DNA of 64,000 nucleotides, taken from Eledone cirrhosa. Lineage: Eukaryota. How positions within the stretch are numbered: position 1 is the stretch's first letter; each line of letters begins with the position of its first letter. Shown here one piece after another: positions 45,400-60,393 of the stretch. The translations under genes and the position numbers were made by a program. A model generated the notes under the pieces. It ran no database searches and had not been told where the DNA came from. It was given only the letters and a program-made list of their open reading frames with translations. The stretch covers positions 113,770,001 to 113,834,000 of the forward strand of contig OZ024745.1 in assembly GCA_964016885.1 (NCBI GenBank), read 5' to 3'.

Positions 45400-45719
45400 A
45401 CAGCAGATAAACACGCGTAGCCTAATGATACATTAGAATCGCAGCAACGATCACATCAGTACCATAAACAACAACAGCAATAGAAGCATTAACATTAGCA
45501 ATCATATCAGCCACAGCAGCAGCAGAAGCAGCAGTCGCAACAACAACAACAATAACAACAGCAATTGCAGCAACAGTATTAGCAGCAGAGGCGAAAGTGT
45601 TAAAAATAAAAAAAATAAAAAAAAAAACAGAAGCAACAATTGTGATCAAGATCATAAAAAGATGCTACAACTGCAGCATCAACAACAAAGCAACACAAAT
45701 TCGTCAGATTAAGAACATA

Positions 45720-45956
45720 ATCACACCACCACCACAACAACAGCAACAACAACAACAACAACACCAACACCAACAACAACGACAACAACACTGCTGCCAC
45801 TCGCAAGTACCTCAACAAACAACAACAACAACAACAACAACACCAACAACAACAACACTGCTGCCACTCTCAAGTACCTCAACAAACAACAACAACCGCA
45901 ACAGCAACAACACCACCACCAACAACAACACTACTGCCACTCGCAAGTACCTCAAC

Positions 45957-45988
<32 letters not shown>

Positions 45989-46070
45989 CCAACAACAACA
46001 ACAACAACACTGCTGCCACTCGCAAGTACCTCAACAAACAACAACAACCGCAACAGCAACAACAACAATG
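45720..46070. repeat. (CAA)n-embedded repeat, 4 units
   Basis: caacact(g/a)ctgccactc(g/t)caagtacctcaacaaacaacaac at about 45786, 45853, 45926 and 46005. Confidence 0.8.
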
Positions 46071-46162
46071 ATAATGATGGCATCAAAAAGTCAGCCCAAC
46101 ATTTAATTACGGACAAATTACTGTGAATTTTTTTTAAATCTTATTATTTTCCACCTTTATAT

Positions 46163-46220
<58 letters not shown>

Positions 46221-46530
46221 AATTGATTGCAATGCTATATTATATTAATAGCACTACAATTTGTAGTATTTAGTACCACCAGTAGATTTCTGTTTCGTTG
46301 TTAACTATCATCATCATCATCGCTGTTGACATTGCTGTTGCTTTTGTTACCACGACAATTGATGTTATTGTTATTAACATCAATTTAATTGTTAACAATC
46401 GACTTTCATATGGTTTAATTCCCTTGAGTATCACACACTCATACATACACACACTCATACATACATATAAGTATATATATATATATACACACACATATAT
46501 ATATATATACACACACATATATATATACGT

Positions 46531-46578
<48 letters not shown>

Positions 46579-46955
46579 GCATACATAGTTCCATTTCTTT
46601 GTGACAAATATTGTGATATATTTATATATATATTATAGTCAAAAAGAAAAGTAACGTAAAGAAAGAAGAAAAGTATTTGATATATATTTTTTTCTGCATT
46701 TATTTTGTTCATATATATAATTATTACACTGTACTATTGGAACTTCGAAGCAGACCACCTCAGCCACGTCTCAACAAACATGAGTTAAAATCGCATTACG
46801 CATCAAATTACGATATATCGCACGTCACATTAACACAAATCACTGCTAGTTGACAAACAAAACAAATCTTAATCGAAAACTACGCATATTGATATTATAT
46901 AAACACACACAGATACACCTACAAACATACACATATATATATACGCACACATAAC

Positions 46956-46989
<34 letters not shown>

Positions 46990-47064
46990 CATTATATATA
47001 TATATATACATACATATATATATATATAAACTTAAGAAAATTAACAAAAAAAGGACGACATCAC

Positions 47065-47109
<45 letters not shown>

Positions 47110-47634
47110 CTATCTATCTAATATATATATATATATATTAGATAGATAGATATATTTATATATATTATATATATAAATATATATAATATATATAGCTACA
47201 AATGCTGATATATTCATTACATACTTACAGAAAAAGAAAGGGAGAGCGAGGAAAACAAACAAACACACACACACAGAGACAGGTCGACAAAACGTATTTC
47301 CTGGGGGAAAAGGAAAAGAAAAAGAAAACTCTATTTATATAAAAAGGATCAAAGTTGAGACAGACAGACAGACTGGATTATCAAACAATAACGAAAAAAA
47401 ACAACATATATATATATATATAATATATACACACACATATATCTTTCATCTTCCCTCCGCTTCCCATCCTCCCACAAAGAATAGTGAAGAAGGGCGATAA
47501 AGGAATGACGGAAGAAAGAAGAAGTTAAGAAAGACTGGACTGAGTTTCATGTTTATAATTTCATGTGACTTTTCTTCAAGATTCGATTCTTGCTAGCTGT
47601 TGTAGTGACAGTAGTGGTGGAAAGACTCGCTGCC

Positions 47635-47644
47635 ATGGTTTGTG
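47635..47644 (+). CDS. Putative first coding mini-exon (M-V-C-[E]) of a low-complexity protein gene
   Basis: gctgccATGG Kozak context at 47635. ATG GTT TGT G is followed by donor GTATGT at 47645 (phase 1), matching the phase-1 acceptor at 47966. A possible upstream acceptor ttcttgctag ends at 47596. Confidence 0.55.
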
Positions 47645-47762
47645 GTATGTAAAAGAAGACATATACAGTTAATAGTTTGTGTACATGTACAACACCTGTT
47701 CTGGATCGAGGCTAAGAAAGTAATCTTACCTATACTTTAATTTACCTGGATTGATTCTCTGC

Positions 47763-47834
<72 letters not shown>

Positions 47835-47966
47835 TTATATATATATTTATACATGTATGTGTGGGTCTGTAGGGGGGAACGTTTTTATTCGAGGATATAT
47901 TATATAATTTCAAAGGTATTGTTTGTTTATTCAGTCATATTTTTTCGTTAAGTTTTTTTACGTCAG

Positions 47967-48451
47967 AAGCCGTGGCTGCCATCACAGCGACAACTAACGG
48001 ACGATTGATTTCATCATCATCATCATCGTCATCGTCATCATCATCAGCATCAGCATCAGCATCAGCATCAGCATCACCCTCATCGTCGTCACTGTCCTTA
48101 CGTTCTTCATTATTATTATCATCACCATCACCATCATCATCGTCATTGTCATTGTCGTCGTCGTCGTCGTCGTCGTCGCCATTTTCAAAACTGACGACGA
48201 TATCAAAACTGACATCACCAAAAGCAAGAAGAACACTGTCGTCGTCATCATCATCATCACCATCAACATCACGGTGGCACCAGTCGTTATCACCACCAGG
48301 ATTATCGACGACACCTTCCTCGTTTTCATCGCCACCGCCACCGCCGCCGCCGCTTTCGTCGCCTTCAACGTCACATTTGCTCTCATCGCTTTCGGCATCG
48401 CTGGTTTCATCGTCGCCGTTGTTGTCATCGTCATTACTCTCATTGACTGTA

Positions 48452-48488
<37 letters not shown>

Positions 48489-49382
48489 TGTCGTTGACGA
48501 CGCCGTTGTCCACCACAAAAGTGCTTCCATCAACATTATACACCACACACCCTCCGAAAGAGAAGAAACCCCTGTCCGGCAAAGTGTCTCCAACCGGCTT
48601 TGTACATAACACTACCCCACCACTATCGTTGTCGGTCGACTCTCCGCCCGTCACCACGACAACCGACGACCACCACCCCCACCAACGCCAACGCCACCAT
48701 CACAATCAAACCCCACCGCCGCCACAACCGCCACCACCACCACTACCTGCCATCACTGCAGCAACTACATACCGATCCCGTATCTATCAGCTTTCCTCCC
48801 TCACTTTCCCGCTTCGATCTCATCTACTGAACGGCGGCACCCAGCAGGCTCCGGTTCCAGCAGCCCCGCTTCCGGTACCGGCCCCGCCTTCCTCAGTCGC
48901 TCCTTTTCCCTTCCCTCTCCACCATCACCAACCAGCTTTATTCCAACCAACACCCCTGTCCCCTCTTCTCACTTTGCAACACCCACATCACTATCACCAA
49001 CTACCTCAACAATATCACCACCATCTCCAACACCAACACCAGCCTCGTCAACAACAACAACAACAACAACAAGAACAACAACAGCAACAACAACAACAAC
49101 AACAACAGCATTTGCATTTGGAGCAACAGCGTTCACAGTCTTATCATCCGTATTATCTCACCTCACCCCTTCCCAATACACGCCTGGCCCATCACCATAC
49201 GGCGGCGGCAGCGACGTGTTTGTCATATCCACCCCAACACGCCCCACTACATATTCTACCACCGGACACACACCTTGGCTTCACTAGCAATCAACAAAAG
49301 ATCACAAATCACAAGCAACTGCTGAAACAGACCACCACAACAATGGACATTAGTGATCAGCAATCCGTCTCGACCGGTGACT
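47967..49382 (+). CDS. Large coding exon, Ser/Pro/Gln/His-rich intrinsically disordered protein region (possibly regulatory or transcription factor)
   Basis: 472-codon open frame in otherwise stop-dense DNA, GC-richer, with trinucleotide rather than dinucleotide repeats. Polypyrimidine tract plus cag acceptor ends at 47966, GTAAGT donor at 49383, length 1416 with phase 1-1. Contains RSQSYHPY (PY-NLS-like). No recognisable folded domain. Confidence 0.7.
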
Positions 49383-49819
49383 GTAAGTAACAAACTTCTT
49401 CTTCTTCTGTTGCTATCACTGGCATTCGTTATTATTAGCTATTATTGCTGGTTGTTGTATTTCCTATTTGTAAAGTCCCCAATATTTATAAGCCCTTATG
49501 GACCGTTTAAACGACCGTTCTTTGATTTCGAAACTTGTGTACGTGTTCCTATAAAAGATGCTCCCTTTCCCGCGTGCCCTCAAAGCGCCGGTTGGTTCAA
49601 GATTGGTGGGGGTACCTGAGTCGCCTCTACGTGGTTATTCCCCTATTGGGGATTTTTTTTTTTTTTGTAGTTTATTGTTATATTGTTATTGTTATCTTCG
49701 CTTTGTAATCGATGTGATTGTAAAATCCCACTGTCCCTGTCTTTGTATTGTCCCCTATTTGTTGCCCCTTGTGGCCAATAAAGAAAACAATTATTACTAT
49801 TATTTTAATTATTATTATT

Positions 49820-50030
49820 AGGGTTAGCAAAGTCGTTAGATCATCGACCAAATAAGTAGCAGTATTTTACCGGTTCTTTATGTTCTGAGTTCAAATCGAA
49901 CCAAGGATAGCTTTGCCTTTCATCCTTATGGAGTCGATACAATAAAGCACCAGTAATACGCTGGGGTCAATTTAATCGATTTTTCCCCTTCCCCCAATCG
50001 TTGGCCTTGTATTTAAATCAGAAACCATTA
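49820..50030 (+). mobile_element. SINE family A, diverged
   Basis: gagttcaaatc B-box and ctttgcctttcatccttatggagtcgat domain. Confidence 0.75.
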
Positions 50031-50977
50031 TATTCCTTAGATTTCTCTCTATAAATTCAGCACTCTTAGTTATGTCAAATAACTTTAAATATACTTTCCT
50101 GAAAAAGACTTATTACGACGAAACTTGTCCATTACTTTTACCAGTGGACTTTAAGAACCAGATCGACTTCTACGTACATTATCTCTATTATCCATCTGGT
50201 GTTATTGAATTATCTCCCTTATTTCTGTTATTTTATTAATGTTTTAAACAATTCTAGAAGATTTTCTCCATTAATTGCATGGATAATAGCAGTAGTTACA
50301 GGTTGTTCTATATTTCGCACATATGTGAGAATCTAGCGTATAAAGTAGGGGTATTTTTCTGGGTTATAATGTTGATAAACATTGCATGGTTATTTCGCAA
50401 ATACTTCTAGATTTACTAGATGACCGCAGGTTATGTCACGTTGAACATCTATCTGCTCATAATACCTGCTAGAACGAGCAGCCATATTTCTCTCAAACTC
50501 TATTCTCTTTAAAAAAAGGAATCAGACACATGGAATAATATAATATTAGTTATAGTAAATGTGTCTAAACAACAGATAAGAATGTTTCGGCTGGAAGACC
50601 TTTCATAATTCTACCCAATCAGTATTAACTCAAGCCAGAAGAACATACACAATTGGACAGACACATGCGCACACTCATGATACAACACTTACTAATACGT
50701 ATATGAGCCAATGAGTGAGTTTCAATTTAATCGCTCAATTTTCTAGATGGGGCAGCGAAATCTCCCTCAAATCAAACCATATTGAAGTAAAAATTACGGT
50801 AACGTGTTTGCACAGTCGTGGCTTTTAAAGCCTAGAGATAAAAGACTAATTTAAACTCAATGCGATCAGCATCACACTATATGTAACACAGAAGAAACTG
50901 TTCCATGTGTTTCTCAATCAAACTATGCTGGCATTTACTATTATATTCCAGGCAATCAGAAACATACACACAAGCCA

Positions 50978-51010
<33 letters not shown>

Positions 51011-51745
51011 CGTTATTCCGGGTTGAATCGGAGGTAACCACAGTAAGTAAGGTACTCAATACATAGCAGAGTATAACAGTTTTAATATAGATGAGATTCT
51101 ACAGGACTAGAACTGTTTCAATCATTTGAAATCATCAGGAATCTGGGTATCAAAAAATAAATAAATATGGTATTTATAGGTCTCTACAAGTGGTAGGAGA
51201 GGGTGGGGAGTGGGATGGGTGCAGGTCATTGGTTGATAGAAAAGGGAATTCATTAAAAGCTAATTCTACAAAGCTATAGTTTATTTTTATTTTTATTTTT
51301 ATTTATTTATGTTTTTAGAGTAACAAGGGCAGACAGAATTCTATAAACAGGTTCCGGATGGCCTACCATTCCTTGTCAATAAGTTTCTCTTAAGCTAACA
51401 GATGTCTATAAAATCAGTGGGGGGTCAGTCATAGTCGATAGAATTAAAGAAAAGGGAGATTCTTTAAAAGCTAAAGTCATTAAGGTTCTACTAAGTGACA
51501 AAGGTCTAGAGAATTCTGCAGACAGATTCAAAATACTGAGTGCATATCTTACTATTATCTTCGAACCTCTCTTAAACTAATCAACTATATGCCAAAAATC
51601 AACAGACACATTCACAAAAAAACAAAAAAACACATACTCATTCACACACTTACGCGCAACCATAAACACACACACAAACACATATACACACATAAAAACA
51701 CACACACATATATATAAAAATATATAAATATATGTGTGTATGGGT

Positions 51746-51787
<42 letters not shown>

Positions 51788-51966
51788 GTGTGTGTATGTG
51801 TGCATGTGTGTGTGTGTATGTATATATGTGTATATATGTATATATATATATATATATGTATATGTGTATATATATATGTATATATATATGTATACGTATG
51901 TGTGTGTATATATGTATGTGTATGTATGTATGTGTGTATGTGTGTATATATATATATATATGTATG

Positions 51967-52005
<39 letters not shown>

Positions 52006-52232
52006 ATATATATATATGTATGTATATATATATATATATTTGTGTATGTATATATGTCTATGTGTATTTGTGTGTATATAAATGTATATTCGTGTTTGTA
52101 TGTATGCGTGTGAGTGTATTTATTTGTGTATATATATGTGTGTGTGTGTGTATGTATGTGTATGTGTGTGTGTGTATCTGTATATATATATATATATATA
52201 TATGTATATGTGTGTGTGTATATATGTGTATA

Positions 52233-52297
<65 letters not shown>

Positions 52298-52998
52298 TAT
52301 ATATGTATGTATGTATGTATGTCTGTATGTACGTGTGTGTACATGAATATATATTTATATATTTTTATATATATGTGTGTGTGTTTTTATGTGTGTATAT
52401 GTGTTTGTGTGTGTGTTTATGGTTGCGCGTAAGTGTGTGAGTGAGTATGTGTTTTTTGTTTTTTTGTGAATGTGTCTGTTGATTTTTGGCATATAGTTGA
52501 TTAGTTTAAGAGAGGTTCGAAGATAATAGTAAGATATGCACTCAGTATTTTGAATCTGTCTGCAGAATTCTCTAGACCTTTGTCACTTAGTAGAACCTTA
52601 ATGACTTTAGCTTTTAAAGAATCTCCCTTTTCTTTAATTCTATCGACTATGACTGACCCCCCACTGATTTTATAGACATCTGTTAGCTTAAGAGAAACTT
52701 ATTGACAAGGAATGGTAGGCCATCCGGAACCTGTTTATAGAATTCTGTCTGCCCTTGTTACTCTAAAAACATAAATAAATAAAATAAAAATAAAAATAAA
52801 CTATAGCTTTGTAGAATTAGCTTTTAATGAATTCCCTTTTCTATCAACCAATGACCTGCACCCATCCCACTCCCCACCCTCTCCTACCACTTGTAGAGAC
52901 CTATAAATACCATATTTATTTATTTTTTGATACCCAGATTCCTGATGATTTCAAATGAATGAAACAGTTCTAGTCCTGTAGAATCTCATCTATATTAA

Positions 52999-53002
<4 letters not shown>
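51011..53002. mobile_element. Young fold-back PLE terminal-repeat element (family M), about 630-bp near-identical arms
   Basis: 51078-51710 is the reverse complement of about 52375-53002. Microsatellite spacer, left tail 51011-51077, TA flanks. An isolated tail copy lies at 54440-54508. Confidence 0.9.
52936..52986 (+). ncRNA. Canonical type I hammerhead ribozyme (mirror copy 51094-51144 on minus strand)
   Basis: agattc-CTGATGA-t.ttca(aa)tgaa.t-GAAA-cag(ttctagtc)ctg-TA-gaatct: 6-bp stem I, GUA triplet. Confidence 0.85.
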
Positions 53003-53034
<32 letters not shown>

Positions 53035-53238
53035 CACCGATTTCAGGGACTTGACTCCTTCTTCCTCACTTTTCGTTGCATTACCATCTTTGTTTGTTTA
53101 CTGTCTCGCTCGCTCCCCCTATTTACGTGTCCCAACGACTTTCTTTAGTCGTTGCTCGCACCAACCAGAGGTATATGATCTTTAAAGCGATGAAATACCA
53201 ATGAAGGCTGGAAGATCACTGATGAAGGACTAATTTTA

Positions 53239-53306
<68 letters not shown>

Positions 53307-53620
53307 TGAAAGACAGTTCAGAGTTTGATCCAATCAGTAAATTTCAACATCACAGGGCGTATATCAAAATGAATAAAAATTACCAGGATTAAATGATATT
53401 AAATTATTTAATTGATTTACAAACGTTTCTTTCAATACAGTACGAAGTATTATTTTATTCCTCTGTACTCAATTCTTCAGAATCCACCAAACGATACATA
53501 AGTTAGTTTCTCTATCTTGATGTTATTGTTGTCGTGTAGCCCAAGGACAACATTTATCAAGCAAAATGTATGCCATTCATTACTATCCCATCGTTTGTTG
53601 TCATATACTATGCTTTAAAA

Positions 53621-53840
53621 GTGGAGTGAATTACCAGTATCGGTAGAGCGTCGGACAACATACTTTGCAGGCATAAAGTTGCCTCCCTTTACGTTTTCTG
53701 TTCAAACACCGCTGAGATTAGCTTTGCATTTCGTCCTTACGGGGTCGACAAAATAAAGTACCACTAACGTACTGGTGTCGATTTAATCGACTTCCTTCTC
53801 CCGCCAAATCGTTTGACTTGTGCCTAAATCAGAAACCATA
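53621..53840 (+). mobile_element. SINE family A, diverged
   Basis: ctttgcatttcgtccttacggggtcgacaaaataaagtacca domain plus tRNA-like head. Confidence 0.75.
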
Positions 53841-54389
53841 TACTATGCATCAGGCAACTATCATATCGTCGTATGTAACCTTCCTTGATGGGGATTTGGC
53901 CGGTCGAGCGACTATGTAGTGGCTCAGTCACCCTTCGTTCGCCATTCATGTTAATTGCACATTTAGTTGCAGTTTATTCAGATTTGACTGTCGTTAGAGC
54001 CATTAGAGAAGTCATTGCCCATGGGGACGGCGAGGGAGACGTGCTGGAATAGCCACTCAACCTCGTGGGACTCGCACTTGCGGGTAGCCCACATTACTCC
54101 GATAGCCATGACAATCCCATCCTTATCAGAAACATTGCAAATCTATGGACACGTGTAGTGTGTAATTTGAAAGTGATTTGGTTGATATTGCATCAGGGCC
54201 GAACATTTACCTGTTATGGCCCTAACCTGTATGAAATTTGACGCCTTACTCTAAAAAAGTTCGAGTAAAAAAATTATGTTATTATTAAAATAATAATTAT
54301 TTTTTATATTAATTTTAATGTTAAAGAATAAATAATATACATATATAAATTATATAATATATATAAACACACACACACACACACACACT

Positions 54390-54433
<44 letters not shown>

Positions 54434-54506
54434 GAAGAGCTTATACTCTGCTATGTATTGAGTACCTTAGTTACTCTGTGGTTACCTCCGATTCAACCCG
54501 GAATAG

Positions 54507-54618
<112 letters not shown>

Positions 54619-54677
54619 TGTTACAACTTTCCAATTATATATATGTGTATATATGTATTAATTATAACGAACCAGAC

Positions 54678-54725
<48 letters not shown>

Positions 54726-55371
54726 AGATGATTTATTGTTAAAGAATAAACATTATTGATAAAATAAGCATATAGTTTTTTTTTAATGAGGTCCCCGAGG
54801 GTGTGCGGCCCTAAACTATAGCTTATAGCTTACTTAGCTTATTGGTAAGTCCAGCACAGTATTGCATGCATTCGGTGCGACCAGGCAGGGGTCCCTCATT
54901 GACACCTGTTAGTCAGTTCAGCTGGTTCACAATGTCGGACTTAGGTGTTACGGTACTCAATATGTTATTGTATACACTTGAGGCCACTTGAGGAGACTGT
55001 TCGAGCAGAGTCCCCTTAGAAGCTCGGACAAATTTGGGAGATATTAGTCTAATCGGCTTTAGTTCGGCTCTGTTGTTTCGTATTGATGACATGAACACAT
55101 TAATGAGAATGAGAATATCCTAGTTTATGTCCTCGCTCTTGTTTCTTCATTTGTTTCGGATAAATAAGACCTTACTTCCGAATCTTATACTTTCTTATGT
55201 TTCTTCTTATGTAAACGGTTTCAGTTGCATATCATTAATTTCTATGCGCACAGAATCCAAGCCTCTCGTATAATAAATACTTCTTTATTTCTTCAGACAG
55301 GGACACTTTGGTTAATATTCCACGAAAATCATATGATAAAGTGTACTCTATTCTAAAATTGAGAGACAGAG

Positions 55372-55436
<65 letters not shown>

Positions 55437-55446
55437 TGTGTGTGTG

Positions 55447-55727
55447 TGCGTGGTCGTGAGTTCGATTCCCAGCAGCGCGTATTGTCCTTGAGAAAGATAC
55501 TTTTTCACGTTTTTCCAGTCCATTCAGCTTGCAAAAGCGAGTTGTATCTGTAATTCGAAGGGCCAGTCTTGTTACAATGTGTATCACGCTGAATCTCCCT
55601 GAGAATTACGTTAAGTATTCCCGTGTCTGTGGAATTATCACCTTCTTGCATGTTAATATCACGAGCAGGTTGTTCCGTTGATCGGATCAACTGGAACACT
55701 CCTCGTCGTAACCGACGGAGTGCCGGT
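55447..55727 (+). mobile_element. SINE family B
   Basis: gagttcgattcc B-box, ttgtccttgagaaagatact core, 3' gtaaccgacggagtgcc. Confidence 0.8.
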
Positions 55728-55769
55728 AATTTATATATATATATCCGGGAGCTTCCAACAGAAATGGTC

Positions 55770-55925
55770 GCATTCTTTAAGGGTATGTCAATATTTATTT
55801 ATAAAACTGATCTATATTATATTTTATCTGATGAAAGCGCACCATAATTTGACTTGGTGTCTTTGAAATATGTATAATGAAATAAATATGGTTTTATAAA
55901 TATAGTTTCCATTTGTTAATATATC

Positions 55926-55926
<1 letters not shown>
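55770..55926 (+). mobile_element. Single-arm family K copy with HHR at 55822-55882
   Basis: ttttat-CTGATGA-aagcgcacca...tggtgtcttt-GAAA-tatgta-TA-atgaaa. Homologous to about 61380-61517; followed by (TA)n. Confidence 0.75.
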
Positions 55927-56018
<92 letters not shown>

Positions 56019-56030
56019 TGTATATATATG

Positions 56031-56279
<249 letters not shown>

Positions 56280-56369
56280 GTAGTATGTGTATGTACGCAT
56301 TATGTCTATATAAAGAAGTGTATATATGAATGCTCATACAAACGCACGCTTATAAGTATGTCCCTGCGG

Positions 56370-56407
<38 letters not shown>

Positions 56408-56425
56408 GCATATATTTTAAACACT

Positions 56426-56502
<77 letters not shown>

Positions 56503-56717
56503 ACACACGCACACACTGAAAATAAATTAATCTTGCAACCATTTACCTGATGAAAGAATATAGATGAAAGTTTTAAATCGATATACGATTGCTATTATTT
56601 GCTATCACCCCCAGGGATTTGTGTGGCGGGGGTCAACATTCCTTTTCACCCTTCCGGGCTCAATAATAAAAATACCTGTAGTCGATAACTCCACATCTCT
56701 CTCTCTCTATATATGTA

Positions 56718-56796
56718 TACAGGTTGTCCCCAAAATATGTATACTCACTTCAACAGCATTCTAATGAAAGTGTGTATACATTTATTGGGGACACCC

Positions 56797-56800
<4 letters not shown>
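56718..56800. mobile_element. Tc1/mariner-type MITE
   Basis: TA-caggttgtccccaa...ttggggacaccctg TIRs, about 80 bp. Confidence 0.75.
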
Positions 56801-56859
<59 letters not shown>

Positions 56860-56994
56860 TACCGGCACTCCGTCGGTTACGACGAGGACTGTTCCAATTG
56901 ATCCGATCAACGGAACAACCTGCTCGTGGTATTAACATATAGTTACAATATATATATATAATATATATATATAATATATATATATATAATATAT

Positions 56995-57067
<73 letters not shown>

Positions 57068-57095
57068 TATATATATAATATATATATATATAATG

Positions 57096-57160
<65 letters not shown>

Positions 57161-57197
57161 CATGTAGTTATAATATATATATACACACACACACACA

Positions 57198-57282
<85 letters not shown>

Positions 57283-57402
57283 TATAACTGAACAAAAAGA
57301 AAGACGAACAGACATATTCATATGTGTGTTCAAATCGTAATGTGCCAGAATCGCTTAGGTGAAAAAATAAATTTAAAGTTTCTAACTCAATACATGCCTT
57401 TG

Positions 57403-57496
<94 letters not shown>

Positions 57497-57608
57497 GGAC
57501 ACATAGATGACAATAGATTTCTTCATAGATTCACAAATGTTTTTATAAATATAATGTTTATGTTATTTTTACGGCCGGAGCTCAGCCGTCCGGGTCCTGA
57601 ATCTTTTC

Positions 57609-57669
<61 letters not shown>

Positions 57670-57929
57670 CGTGTGTGTGCGTTTGCGTGTGTGTGTGTGT
57701 GTGTGTGTCTTATTTTTAACACTAAAACAGATATTTGCTTCGCATTTAATATTATTTGTTGCCATAAGGTTCGTTTCAGTTTGCATCTTGATCGCTTTGT
57801 GCTTTTGAGCGTCATTTGTGAAATAGTGTACATAGTGAAATTGGTTTAGTTGAAACACATGGTTTGAGGTTTAGCTTCTTGCAAGTCACATACGCAAACA
57901 TATTCACACACAGAATTACACATGCATAT

Positions 57930-57987
<58 letters not shown>

Positions 57988-57989
57988 TC

Positions 57990-58024
<35 letters not shown>

Positions 58025-58033
58025 CATACATAT

Positions 58034-58124
58034 TGAGATGAACAATTCTTTTTTAAAAAGAGAAGTTTTATAATGTATACAATGTATATAAAATATACAT
58101 ATTTACAAATAGATAAATAAATAA

Positions 58125-58164
<40 letters not shown>

Positions 58165-58360
58165 TTATTTATTTATTTATGAATATTTATATATTTTATA
58201 TATATTATACAGATTATAAAACTCCTTTTTTTTAAAAAGAATTGTTCCTCTCATTTTTCCAATAATGTCACTTTGACGAATCAAAAAAGATAAAAAGAAA
58301 AACAGATACTTAAATGTATTTTCCATGGTATTTCCAATTTAGTATAGAACGTTACTCCAT

Positions 58361-58365
<5 letters not shown>
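58034..58365. repeat. Old fold-back centred on (TA)n with one-sided tail
   Basis: tgagatgaacaattctttttt... (58034) pairs with ...aaaaagaattgttcctctca (58253). Confidence 0.6.
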
Positions 58366-58441
<76 letters not shown>

Positions 58442-58642
58442 TATGTATACGTACATACATATATGTATTCAGACGTACAGTAGTATGTATATTCATACAT
58501 ACATGCACACATATGTATATGTAGGTATGGGTTTACCGAACACTTATTATAATGTTCTGTTTGTTTGTAAACAAACAGCCCGAATTAAGCCGTACAGTGT
58601 TCGGCAACCATCGTTGCCCATTTGTTCAACACTGACAAATGA

Positions 58643-58685
58643 ACAATGAACTAGTTTCTAGCTTCTTAGCTGTCATCAGCACCGT
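58643..58685 (-). ncRNA. Minimal type I hammerhead ribozyme
   Basis: Minus strand acggtg-CTGATGA-c.agct(aaga)agct.a-GAAA-ctag-TT-cattgt; palindromic stem III AACTAGTT. Confidence 0.75.
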
Positions 58686-58930
58686 ATACCTTCCTGTCAA
58701 TCGATTGAACCGTTCTAAGTATATACTTTCCTTATGCATATTAACGGCTGAGCAGCCTAATTTGCATATCACGTGAGTTAGTCGGCCGGACGTACCGAAA
58801 ACGATAAATGGAAAAAATGAAATTTCATTTCTCACTCTTAGTACGGCTGATACTTAAATATAAGTATGTATACGTACATACATATATGTAGAGAGACGTA
58901 CGTATATATATATATATATATATACATAGT

Positions 58931-59121
58931 AATAATTGTTTCTACTTTACGCACAAGGCCAGCAAATACCCAGTGCATTACTGGTACTTTATTTTATCGA
59001 CCCCGTAAGGATGAAAGGCAAAGTTAACCTCGGCGGGATTTGAACTCAGACTGTAAAGGGACGTAACTATGCTAGAAAGCATGGCGTCCAACCCTCTACC
59101 GATACTGCCAATTCACTGCCC
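58931..59121 (-). mobile_element. SINE family A, young copy
   Basis: Near-identical reverse complement of 34475-34658. Confidence 0.9.
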
Positions 59122-59145
59122 TTATATAGAGTAATAATAATGAAT

Positions 59146-59285
59146 GTGAAGACTAAAATCCGAAGAGGGCTCGATAAGGATAAATATATATATATGTAAG
59201 CGTAAAGCAAATAATTCAGAAGATCCCGTTAAGGGTGAAAGCGGTGATTCTTTGCTTAAACTTTAATCTGTTATTTTAATAAATA
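59146..59285. mobile_element. Internally deleted family G element
   Basis: Tail gaagactaaaatccgaagagggctcgataagg joined to cagaagatcccgttaagggtgaaagc...ttaaac. Confidence 0.75.
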
Positions 59286-59294
59286 TGTATAAAA

Positions 59295-59387
<93 letters not shown>

Positions 59388-59473
59388 AACATATATATAT
59401 AAACATATATATAAACATATATATATATAAATATATATATATTTATATATATATATGTTTATTTATATATATA

Positions 59474-59557
<84 letters not shown>

Positions 59558-59924
59558 TATATATATGTGTGTGCGTAGGTGTGTGTGAAAGTGCATTGTT
59601 TAGTGTTTACAGTGTTGGCCTGAGGCTCGTAAAGAGATGAACTCGATTCTAGGTGCGTGATATTTCCTTGAGCAAGTCACTTTAATACCCGTTACTCCAT
59701 CCACTAAATGGGAAAATAGTGTTGTAGCTGTCACTCAAACGGCCAGCATTGTCATACACTGTGTCCCGCTGAATCTTCCTGAGAATTACGTTACGGGAGC
59801 ACGTACCTGTTGAACGTTGAGTTATTGCATGCTAAATTCTCAAGCACCCATTCCATCGATTAAAAAATGGAATTTTTTTTTTATTAAACTCGGATTTCAA
59901 CGCACACGCACCCATCCTATATAT

Positions 59925-60061
<137 letters not shown>

Positions 60062-60315
60062 TGTAAATATACAACGAAGACAGTGGTGCATCACATGTAC
60101 AAATTTGTTTGCTTATTACAATTATTTCGATATCGATCAATTCAGGGTACAATCAAGGTTACGGGGCCCGACTCTTTTTCGACATCTCGTCAGATATGCG
60201 TATATATATAATAATTATATATATATAATAAATAATAATAGTAATAATAATAATAATAAAACAAACTTTCCAGTTAACTCACATCAATGACTGAGACTCA
60301 AAGAATAAGAATAAT

Positions 60316-60393
<78 letters not shown>

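Noticed and set aside
45597-46106. Gln/Thr-rich ORF as an additional exon
   Set aside because: Repeat units switch reading frame between copies and no convincing splice sites were seen.
47935-48657. Asp-rich 240-aa minus-strand ORF
   Set aside because: Antisense shadow of the poly-Ser exon; splice signals and the longer frame support the plus strand.
53413-53485. Minus-strand CTGAAGA...GAAACGTT motif
   Set aside because: Possibly a decayed HHR, but stem I needs a bulge and stem II is irregular, so it was not called.
56545-56580. CTGATGA...GAAA hammerhead-like spacing (also 44435-44475 on the minus strand)
   Set aside because: Stems I and II do not pair; probably chance.
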